Positions 8,321-15,455 of a stretch of 32,000 bases of DNA are shown here, piece by piece. Position 1 is the stretch's first letter. Every line of letters begins with the position of its first letter. The notes beneath the pieces were generated by a model, which did not search any database, was not told the origin of the DNA, and was given only the letters and a program-made list of their open reading frames with translations. This DNA comes from Gemmata obscuriglobus (GTDB lineage: Bacteria > Planctomycetota > Planctomycetia > Gemmatales > Gemmataceae), in NCBI RefSeq assembly GCF_008065095.1, contig NZ_CP042911.1, forward strand, positions 4,080,001-4,112,000. The letters run 5' to 3'. Made by a program: the position numbers and the translations under genes.

Positions 8321-10156
8321 CTACCGCGGTTCGGCGGCCGATGTCTCGCACACCTCGAACCCCCGCGGCACGACGGCCCTCGCCGCCTTTACGCACTCTG
8401 CGGTCACCTCGGCGACCGTCTTTCCGGGCGGTACATCGGCCGTCACAACCATGGCAGGGTGCAGGTTCACGCGGAGCATCGTCGCCTCGGGGACGAATTC
8501 ATGAACCTCGGCAACTGCACCGAGCGGGATCGTTTTGCCGGCCGGTGCCTTCAACTCAACCTTCTTGAGTTCGTTGGCGCCGCGGAATTGCTTGCCGAGC
8601 GAGTGGCTCATCCACCACGAATCGAGGATCGCATCGGTAATGTCCGGGTTGCCGACCGCGACTCCGATGGCCTTCACGACATCCTTGGGGTCCAGGTCCA
8701 GTTGCTTTAACTTCTCGTAGTTGAGGTTAATCGAAAGGCGGGGCGAACCAGGGGCTTGTGTGAGAGCGGGATCGAGGGCGACACCGGCCTGCGCGAGTCG
8801 TTGAACCACAGCGTCACCCGCGGCCCGGAGTTTCGCCCACCCATGGCCAACCTTGTCGAGGATCGCGACACGGACCGGGAACGGGCGGCCGGACAACAGG
8901 TTGGACACCCGGACCGCGGCGCCGCCGACCTGCGCAAGCGCTGTGCGGAGGTCGGCGGGGGAAGGGCTGTCCCCCGAGGAGAGCTTTACGAGAACGATCT
9001 CTGTGCTCATCTCGCTCTCGGAGACTGCCAGGCAGTCCGGTTTTCCAGGTAAATCGCGGACCAGCTTTTCAACGCGAGTGACCATATCCTGTATGCGCGC
9101 CGCGGACGCCTCGGTGGGGAACCGCAGTTCGATCACCGCGAACCGATCCGCGGACAGGTCGGCGACCAACCCCGTCGTCAGATCCTTGGGATTAGTCTTC
9201 TCGAACTCGGCGAGTTTCTTCCGCAGCTCGCCGGCTGCGGACTTCGTGTCGATGACACGAACTGCCAGCAGGGCCGCGGGCCTGCCGCCCACACGGGTGA
9301 AGCCGTCAGATTTTGGGGCGAGTTCGATCCGGCTCACGTCCCCGAGGCGGATGACTGTTTGTTCGGGCCCGAACTTGAGGCAGGTTTGGTGAAATAGCTC
9401 AATGTCGGGGCGACGTCCCAGGTAGGTAAAGGTGAGCGGAACGGACGTTTCCGCAGGGGCACGGCCGGCTTGCTCCGCCTCGAAGAGGATCTTCTGCAGT
9501 TCCACCGTTCCCACGATGTCCGGGATTGTGATTTGGCTGGCGGCGAGCTTGTCCGTGTCGGGCCAAACCCGAATGGCGATCTCGGACCGACTCATGGCAC
9601 GAACATCGGTGACCCCGGGCACCCGTGTGAGTTCATCTTTCACCCGCTGGGCAGCGTAATTGTTCAGAAACATGGCGTCATACGTGCCGTTCGGGCTGGC
9701 AGCGGCCACCCAGAGAGTCGGAAAACGGCCCGGGTCGTCGTTCCGCACGGTCACGCCCTCCCGGGAGACGACAGGTGGAAGCCGCGCCTTGATGAGGGCC
9801 ACGCGTTCTCGGACCAGGGCGGTCGCTACGTTGACATCTGTGCCGGACTTGAACCGCACGGCGAGCCTGTACGATCCGTCGTTGCGGCATTCCGATTCCA
9901 GAGACGTCATTCCCTCCAAATCTTTCATCTGGTGCTCAATCGGTACCGCCACCGTGTCGCAGATGACATGCGCGCTCGCGCCGGGGTAAACGGCATCGAC
10001 GCGGACGGTTGGCCCGGCGCTCTTGGTCGCAGGAGGATCGGGTGCGTCCGAGGGAGTCGGTACTGCTGGGCTGCCGCAGGCCGATACGGCAAGCAGGAGA
10101 ACAGGGAGCAGGCGGGGGGTGATTCGCACGTCGTCACCTCTGGGTGGTGATCTCAT
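8321..10156 (-). CDS. lipoprotein consisting of an RND (AcrB-type) periplasmic porter/docking headpiece without transmembrane domains
   Basis: Signal peptide plus lipobox (LLPVLLLAVSAC). RND PN1-like motifs follow: VDAVYPGASAHVICDTVAVPIEHQM and FKSGTDVNVA. PN2/DN-like segments come next, then a direct junction into PC1/PC2/DC-like segments (PRLSINLNYEKLKQLDLDPKDVVKAIG; RVNLHPAMVVTADVPPGKT). There is no further hydrophobic stretch long enough for a TM helix. Confidence 0.8.
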   Translation of the reverse strand: MRSPPRGDDVRITPRLLPVLLLAVSACGSPAVPTPSDAPDPPATKSAGPTVRVDAVYPGASAHVICDTVAVPIEHQMKDLEGMTSLESECRNDGSYRLAVRFKSGTDVNVATALVRERVALIKARLPPVVSREGVTVRNDDPGRFPTLWVAAASPNGTYDAMFLNNYAAQRVKDELTRVPGVTDVRAMSRSEIAIRVWPDTDKLAASQITIPDIVGTVELQKILFEAEQAGRAPAETSVPLTFTYLGRRPDIELFHQTCLKFGPEQTVIRLGDVSRIELAPKSDGFTRVGGRPAALLAVRVIDTKSAAGELRKKLAEFEKTNPKDLTTGLVADLSADRFAVIELRFPTEASAARIQDMVTRVEKLVRDLPGKPDCLAVSESEMSTEIVLVKLSSGDSPSPADLRTALAQVGGAAVRVSNLLSGRPFPVRVAILDKVGHGWAKLRAAGDAVVQRLAQAGVALDPALTQAPGSPRLSINLNYEKLKQLDLDPKDVVKAIGVAVGNPDITDAILDSWWMSHSLGKQFRGANELKKVELKAPAGKTIPLGAVAEVHEFVPEATMLRVNLHPAMVVTADVPPGKTVAEVTAECVKAARAVVPRGFEVCETSAAEPR

Positions 10157-10320
10157 GATAACCCGGCCGCGGGTAAGATCGTCGTGAAATGATGTGCCGT
10201 CGGAGCGTCAAGACAGTGGTTCGGATGGCGTAAAGGTGTCGGCACTGCCGGCGGGGACGCGGCAACGCTTGGAGCCGTTCGGAACGCCCAGCCACAACGG
10301 TAAGCCCTACGCCTGCGGCC

Positions 10321-10329
10321 TCGCGGCCT
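10321..10329. repeat. left copy of 9-bp target-site duplication TCGCGGCCT
   Basis: Identical 9-mers lie immediately outside both IS termini (10321-10329 and 12063-12071). Confidence 0.85.
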
Positions 10330-10333
10330 GAGG

Positions 10334-11791
10334 TCACGCCACGGTTTGTGCTGTGGCACCCTCTGATTTGTGGCAGAGTGTATCTCGTTTGCGGAACGAG
10401 GAGCCCGGCCGTTCGGCGAAGAACCGTGGGAGCCGGTCGTCTTGGCTCAGCACGGCGGCCCGCAGTTGCAGGATCGATTCGGCACCGTCGGGCCGGGTCC
10501 AATGCTTCTGTGTGCTCTTCACCCGGGCGTTGATCTCGCCCACCAGTGACTCGACCAAGCTACTCGTCGTCGGTAGCCCGTTGCGCCGGTATCGCGGGTA
10601 CGCCATGCGATCCCGATTGTTCCCCAAGTAGGTCCGCGCGTGCGCCACCACCCGGCGCGGGTCCCGGCGCTCCTCGGCCGTCGCCGCCTCACCCGGTGGG
10701 GGCTCACCCAGCCGCGCCTGCCACTGATCCAGTTCGGTGAGCACTTCTCCAACGCGACCCTGCCAGCACGCGCGCATCCAGGCCACGTATTGGGACCAAC
10801 CCGACGCCTCATCGGGGCTCACGGCCGCGGCCGACGAGAACACGTAACACACCGCGTGCAGGAAATCCACGATCGGCTCGAACGCACCAAAGTACCCGCG
10901 CCAGATGGTCCAGTTGTACGCCTGACCGTCGGCTACGAACGCCCGACGCGGGGCCTCATAGAAGCGCCGCTCCTGGGCCTCGGCGGCCATCATCGGGCCG
11001 AACGCGGTACTCCCCTCCAGGCTCGCCACGCACGTCCGCACCAACCGCGTCGGGGACCACCGCTCGGCCCCTTCGGGTTCCCCGGCCGGCACCGGGGGCG
11101 TCGATTCGTCCACGGTTTCCGGGGGCGCGACCTCGCCCGCCGGGCCCTTCATCTGCTGCACCAGGCGCCGCACCCGGCGCGGGCAGCGGAACGACTCGGG
11201 CGGCTCGGGGCACGGGTCCGTGGCGAACGTGGGGCCACTCAGGGTGGCCAGGCACGCCACCTTATCCTCCTTGTTCTGGGCGCCGTGAACACCCGGCCCG
11301 GAACCCGCGGCGCGGGTGCGGATGCGCCCCCCATCGACCTCCACCACCACGGCCACGGGGATCACTTCGGTCCGCGGCTCCAACTGGCGCCGCCGGTGCT
11401 CGACCACCTTCCGGTCGCGCCGGGCGATCAACTCGCGGCCCACCTCGTGAGCCAATCGCCGCACCTGGTTGTCGCTGATCGTGCCCCCGGTCATCCGCAC
11501 CGCATCCGCGGCGTCACGGAACGACGAGAACCGGGCGGCGGCGGTGACGATGCGTTGAACGACCGAGGAACTGTACCCGTGCTCATCCAGCCCCAGTGTC
11601 ACCCGCAGGGGGGAAAAAGTCCCGTCGGCAGGCGGGACAATGGGCGATCCGTTCGGGTTGCTGGACCGTGGCCCCTTGGGCCGCCAGGGTGCGGGTGTGT
11701 GGTCGGGTCGGGCACGGCTCGCCACACACCGGACACGGAACCTGTTCGGGCACCTTCCGGGCCTGCTGGTGGAGCATCTGCTGGAGGGCAC
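10334..11791 (-). CDS. transposase, C-terminal/catalytic part (ORF limits given; homologous sequence begins near 11612 at ...FSPLRVTLGLDEHGYS...)
   Basis: The translation (LGLDEHGYSSSVVQRIVTAAARFSSFRDAADAVRMTGG..., later DGQAYNW..., NNRDRMAYPRYR) matches my memory of ISKra4-type transposases. The reading frame is +1 relative to the N-terminal ORF. Confidence 0.7.
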   Translation of the reverse strand: MPSSRCSTSRPGRCPNRFRVRCVASRARPDHTPAPWRPKGPRSSNPNGSPIVPPADGTFSPLRVTLGLDEHGYSSSVVQRIVTAAARFSSFRDAADAVRMTGGTISDNQVRRLAHEVGRELIARRDRKVVEHRRRQLEPRTEVIPVAVVVEVDGGRIRTRAAGSGPGVHGAQNKEDKVACLATLSGPTFATDPCPEPPESFRCPRRVRRLVQQMKGPAGEVAPPETVDESTPPVPAGEPEGAERWSPTRLVRTCVASLEGSTAFGPMMAAEAQERRFYEAPRRAFVADGQAYNWTIWRGYFGAFEPIVDFLHAVCYVFSSAAAVSPDEASGWSQYVAWMRACWQGRVGEVLTELDQWQARLGEPPPGEAATAEERRDPRRVVAHARTYLGNNRDRMAYPRYRRNGLPTTSSLVESLVGEINARVKSTQKHWTRPDGAESILQLRAAVLSQDDRLPRFFAERPGSSFRKRDTLCHKSEGATAQTVA

Positions 11792-11963
11792 CTTCGGTGA
11801 GCCCTTGTGCCGCCGCGGTGGCGATCTGCTCCATCGTCCGGAAGTCCACGTCCAATCCCGGCCCGTCGTCCCCGAACGCCCGCTTGGAAACGATTTTGCC
11901 CCACTCCGCCGCCAGTGCTCGAAGGCGGTCGAGTTCCTCGGCCGTGAAACGCGGTGTGCTCAT
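11583..11963 (-). CDS. transposase, N-terminal part with zinc ribbon (CPVCG ... CPACRRDFFP)
   Basis: 126-aa ORF that ends shortly after a T5C6 run (plus-strand G6A5 at 11608-11618). The other frame continues the expected protein from that run. Confidence 0.7.
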   Translation of the reverse strand: MSTPRFTAEELDRLRALAAEWGKIVSKRAFGDDGPGLDVDFRTMEQIATAAAQGLTEGALQQMLHQQARKVPEQVPCPVCGEPCPTRPHTRTLAAQGATVQQPERIAHCPACRRDFFPPAGDTGAG

Positions 11964-12062
11964 GACTCGCCCCGCACGAGAGTTGCGGCGAAATCGCCCC
12001 GCGCTTTTCCTATCCCGTGCCCCGAGGACCGCAAGGCCTACTGCAAACCGTGGCGTGACCTC

Positions 12063-12071
12063 TCGCGGCCT
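12063..12071. repeat. right copy of 9-bp target-site duplication TCGCGGCCT
   Basis: See the left copy at 10321-10329. Confidence 0.85.
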
Positions 12072-12075
12072 CGCT

Positions 12076-12159
12076 TTCTCCTACTGACTTCGACTCGCGG
12101 CGGTGCTCATGGTGATCTACGGTGCGGGCCACGATCGCCCAAACCGTACCCCGAGGAAC
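12076..12159. repeat. copy B of the 84-nt direct repeat (partner at 8151-8234)
   Basis: 76 of 84 positions are identical by hand alignment. It lies 4 nt right of the IS target duplication and ends 3 nt before the macro-domain ATG. Confidence 0.85.
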
Positions 12160-12162
12160 GCC

Positions 12163-12630
12163 ATGCCCGTCGAGTTCGTGTCCGGGGACCTGTTCGTGAA
12201 CCGTGTCAACGCGGAGGCGCTCGCCCACGGGTGCAACTGCGCCGGGTCGATGGGAGCCGGTATCGCGGTCGGGTTCAAGGAGCGCTATCCGACAATGTTC
12301 GAGGAGTTCCGCCGGAGGTGTAAAGCGAAACCGCCGGAGTTCGCGCTCGGGGACGTGTTCCTCTGGCGCGAAGAGGGAAAGCCGGCGGTGTTTAACTTGG
12401 GCACCCAAACGCGACCAGGGCGTGGGGCGACGTACCCCGTCGTTGAGGGCGTGCTGAAGGCGCTACGCGAGGCCGTTGACGAAGCCGGAATTCGTTCGCT
12501 GGCGATGCCGCGGATCGCCGCGGGATACGGTGGACTCTCGTGGAAGAAGGTTCGGGTGCTGATCGAAACGGCCTTCGCGAACTGGCCCGGTTTGCTTTGG
12601 GTGTACGAAGAGTACCAACCTGGGGTGTAA
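12163..12630 (+). CDS. stand-alone macro domain protein (ADP-ribose binding/hydrolase, DarG/TARG1-like)
   Basis: The ATG at 12163 is preceded by GAGGAA. The translation MPVEFVSGDLF...AEALAHGCNCAGSMGAGIAVGFKERYPTMF...MPRIAAGYGGL fits the macro-domain core pattern. Confidence 0.8.
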   Translation: MPVEFVSGDLFVNRVNAEALAHGCNCAGSMGAGIAVGFKERYPTMFEEFRRRCKAKPPEFALGDVFLWREEGKPAVFNLGTQTRPGRGATYPVVEGVLKALREAVDEAGIRSLAMPRIAAGYGGLSWKKVRVLIETAFANWPGLLWVYEEYQPGV

Positions 12631-12695
12631 GACGCTGCCTGACGATCACCGGTGCCGTGGTTGTGCTGAATGATGTGAGATGACTGTCGAGGAAG

Positions 12696-12758
12696 ACAAA
12701 AAAGAACCGGCCGCAGATCTTCGAGGTGTCGCCCATTCACCTCGTCGATTGCGGCCGG
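12696..12758 (-). terminator. intrinsic terminator on the minus strand
   Basis: Minus-strand RNA reads CCGGCCGCA-AUCGA-CGAGGUG-loop-CACCUCG-AAGAUC-UGCGGCCGG, followed by UUCUUUUUUG. That is a two-tier stem of 9 + 7 bp followed by a U6 run. Confidence 0.6.
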
Positions 12759-12990
12759 CTCGTAGGTACTATACCCGGTGAGTGGCGCCACGGCCAAGAC
12801 TTAGCGAAAGGAATTATCGATTATCGATAGCGGCGCCCGATTTTCCGACACTCTTTCCTTTCTCCTGACAATAACCGACCGCCGGTCTAGCTAAATGCCG
12901 GTTTCATTACTAAGATTTCCAACAACAACAGCGACACTATTCGCTCCCCTCTCCCAACTAACAGACTTGTCCCGGCTCGCCCTCGGGACG

Positions 12991-13056
12991 CCGCCCGGAT
13001 TGGGTTGAGGCCGCCCCGCGCTCTCGCTTCCCCGATCCGGGCGGTCCTGTTTTTCC
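12991..13056 (+). terminator. candidate intrinsic terminator on the plus strand (long hairpin plus T5)
   Basis: ccgcccggattggg (12991-13004) pairs with cccgatccgggcgg (13031-13044), including one G-U pair, and is followed by tcctgtttttcc. The 26-nt loop lowers confidence. Confidence 0.4.
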
Positions 13057-13101
13057 ATGTACCGGAAGTAACTCCAAAACCGTGCAGCCACAGAACAACT
13101 T

Positions 13102-14448
13102 CTACTCGTCTGTGAAACGCTTACGACGCAGCATGTGGTGATAGTGCTGGGCGAACCGGTGCGACTCGTCACGCACGTATTGAAGGAGCCGCAAAGCCGC
13201 CGAGTGCCGGCTGAGCTTGATCGACTCCTCGACACCGGGGCGGAAAATCTCTTCTTCTTGCTTTGCCAGCGAGATCAGGCACGGCGGGGTGATGCCGAGC
13301 GCCTGAAACGCTTCGACCGCGGCGTTCAACTGCCCCTTCCCGCCGTCGATGAGCAGGATATCGGGGAACACCTCGTCCTCGTCGCGGAGCCGCCGGAAGC
13401 GGCGTGTGACCACCTCACGCATACTGGCGAAGTCATCGACTCCCGCGACGCTCTTGATCTTGAACCGCCGATACCCCGGTTTGAACGGGATGCCGTCGAG
13501 GAACGACACGAGCGACGCAACGGTGTCCTGCCCGCTGAGGTGCGCGATGTCCATTCCCTCAATGGTGCGCGGGGTGGTTTCAAGCCCGAGCACTTTACGC
13601 AGCCCGACCAGCCCCTTCTTCGGGTCGATCGGGAACACCTCCGGTTGAACGTCTTTCGCTGCGTCGCCGCGCATATCGAGTTTCTGAACGGCCGTGATCT
13701 CGTCGCGAATCCGGCGCGCCTTCTCGAAGTTCAACTCGTCGGCCGCGGCGCGCATCTGCTTTTCCATCCGCCGCACCAGCTTGGCCGTTTTGCCTTCCAG
13801 GATGAAAATCAGCTTCTTGATTTGTGCGCGGTAATCGTCGCGCGAGACGCGGAAGTTGCACGGCCCCGTGCAACGGCGGATGCTGTGGAGTAAACAGGGC
13901 CGGAACCACTTCCAGCGGTCTTCACCCGATTTGATGTCGAGCGTGCAGGTGCGGAACTGCAACAGACGCTGGAGCACGTCCACCGCGATGCGGAGCGGCT
14001 TGGTGCTGGTAAAGGGGCCGTAGAGACGCACGCCCTTGCGCCGCGGCTTGCGCGTGATCTCGACGCGCGGAAATTCTTCACGGGTGCGGATTTGCAGGTA
14101 GGGAAAGGTCTTGTCGTCTTTGAGGTCTTTGTTGAACTTTGGGCGCAGGTCCTTGATCATCCGGGCTTCCGTGAACACGGCCTGGATGGCGTCGGTCGTC
14201 TCGATGTAATCCACGTCCCGGACCAGCGGCATCCAGTCCTTGATGCGCGGGTCGTTAACGGCCTCCTTACTGAAGTACGACGAGGCGCGGTTACGAAGGT
14301 TCTTGGCCTTGCCGACGTAAATGACGTTTGCGGCAGCGTCCTTCATGAGATAGACGCCCGACGAGGTGGGGAACTCGCGCACCTTCGCGGCCGGGTCGCG
14401 AGGGTCGGGGGTTTGCTGGCTGACCGGGGGAACCGGGTCTTCAATCAT
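13102..14448 (-). CDS. uvrC: excinuclease ABC subunit C, short form lacking the C-terminal (HhH)2 domain
   Basis: It has a GIY-YIG motif region (SSGVYLMKDAAANVIYVGKAKNLRNRASSYF), a UVR domain (ELNFEKARRIRDEI) and an endonuclease-V-like domain (IEGMDIAHLSG...). At 448 aa it is shorter than the ~600 aa of typical UvrC. Confidence 0.9.
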   Translation of the reverse strand: MIEDPVPPVSQQTPDPRDPAAKVREFPTSSGVYLMKDAAANVIYVGKAKNLRNRASSYFSKEAVNDPRIKDWMPLVRDVDYIETTDAIQAVFTEARMIKDLRPKFNKDLKDDKTFPYLQIRTREEFPRVEITRKPRRKGVRLYGPFTSTKPLRIAVDVLQRLLQFRTCTLDIKSGEDRWKWFRPCLLHSIRRCTGPCNFRVSRDDYRAQIKKLIFILEGKTAKLVRRMEKQMRAAADELNFEKARRIRDEITAVQKLDMRGDAAKDVQPEVFPIDPKKGLVGLRKVLGLETTPRTIEGMDIAHLSGQDTVASLVSFLDGIPFKPGYRRFKIKSVAGVDDFASMREVVTRRFRRLRDEDEVFPDILLIDGGKGQLNAAVEAFQALGITPPCLISLAKQEEEIFRPGVEESIKLSRHSAALRLLQYVRDESHRFAQHYHHMLRRKRFTDE

Positions 14449-14891
14449 GAGAGGTGTCCTCGCGTTCAGTTCCCCATTGTAGCAGCATCGGCGCGAATTC
14501 TCACCCCACGAGAGCGTGCCGTGGGGTGTGTCGTTCTGATCTCCAATAACAACACCGGAAACGATACCCGCAAGTAACCGCGGCGTTCGCGTGCCATCAG
14601 AAGAGTGTGGGCCGTTAGCGTGCGCGGTTCAATTGCCAACTGAGAGGCGGAACGAGTTCGGGCGATTGTGACCGTTAACAGAATTCTGCAGCGTGTTGGC
14701 AAGCGCACCGGATTTGTGTGACAGCCGCACCTTCACGAACGAGTGAGCAGCGTTGTGCCCGTGAAGAAGGCGGACTGGAAGCCCTTCGGGTCCAAAGTCC
14801 GATCGTCGCAAGGCGTAAAGTCACAAAGTCAATGATAATAATGGCTTGTGACCTTACGACTTGCGGACCTGACGACTTGAGACTCGCAGTC

Positions 14892-15098
14892 CTAAACTCT
14901 GGCGAAAACCAGCGGGGCGAGGTCCGGGTAGAGCATTTCAATACAGTCCGGGCAAATACCATGCGTGAGCTGTTCCCCGGCAACCGGAACGTGTTCACGC
15001 CACTCGTCGTGCGTGGTTCGTTCGCGCTGGCAGTGGCAGCACACCCGTATCAGATCAGACAGCACACCGCACGAATTGCGCAGGTGATGTGGCAGCAT
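14892..15098 (-). CDS. small Cys-rich zinc-ribbon-like protein (CxxC ... W ... THGICPDC..LYP module)
   Basis: 68-aa ORF with GAGAAGGGGA 8 nt upstream of the ATG. The motif CCHCQRERTTHDEWREHV...THGICPDCIEMLYPDL matches a module I recall at the C-terminus of many PAS/sensor proteins. It lies fully antisense to the long plus-strand ORF 14718..15932. Confidence 0.5.
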   Translation of the reverse strand: MLPHHLRNSCGVLSDLIRVCCHCQRERTTHDEWREHVPVAGEQLTHGICPDCIEMLYPDLAPLVFARV

Positions 15099-15455
15099 TG
15101 CGCAGTCCCCTTCTCAACTCGGCCCGCCCGCTTCACGTCTCATCGCAAAAGTGTGGCGGTGCCTAAATTCACTGAGTCTTCAGGGCGTGAGATTGTTAAC
15201 AGCAACAGATGTGCCGTATACTATCAGAATCAGATTGCAAACTACGGTTCGCCGCACGATTCATCACGACACCGTACCGAACGAGTCGCGGAGCGGCTCA
15301 AGGTGAAGAGCGCTCTCCTTTCAAGCGATCACGCTTTCACAAAGACGGTTACTGTGCCGCCCGATGTTCCGGGTGCTGGGGTAAGCAACCTGTTTCCGGA
15401 AGAGGTTAGTGTTCTGCCACCGAAATCGCGACGCGTTGCGCTGCGGGGCGGTGGC

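Larger units (their letters stand above)
10330..12062 (-). mobile_element. insertion sequence (1733 bp) with 19-bp perfect terminal inverted repeats; transposase resembles the ISKra4 family
   Basis: IRL gaggtcacgccacggtttg (10330-10348) is the exact reverse complement of IRR caaaccgtggcgtgacctc (12044-12062). The element is flanked by a perfect 9-bp direct repeat and encloses the two overlapping transposase ORFs. Confidence 0.85.

Noticed and set aside
8069-8710. Similar peptide strings in ORFs 8069..8710/11640..12323 (LLLTS.RGGA..DLRCG.RSPKP.PEE) and in 7791..8396/12010..12408 (VWAI.ARTVDHHEHRRE.K.VGE), suggesting paralogous small proteins.
   Set aside because: The similarity is simply the 84-nt DNA repeat read in different frames. 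It stops at the repeat borders and the host ORFs are otherwise shadow-like.
12700-13100. Possible tmRNA on the minus strand. The size is right, and an ORF fragment reads ANSVAVVVGNLSNETGI* beginning with Ala-Asn like some tags.
   Set aside because: There is no GGGG... 5' end and no T-arm (GGTTCGA-type loop). No CCA-proximal acceptor sequence is present on either strand. The tag does not end in the usual hydrophobic Ala-Ala-type C-terminus.
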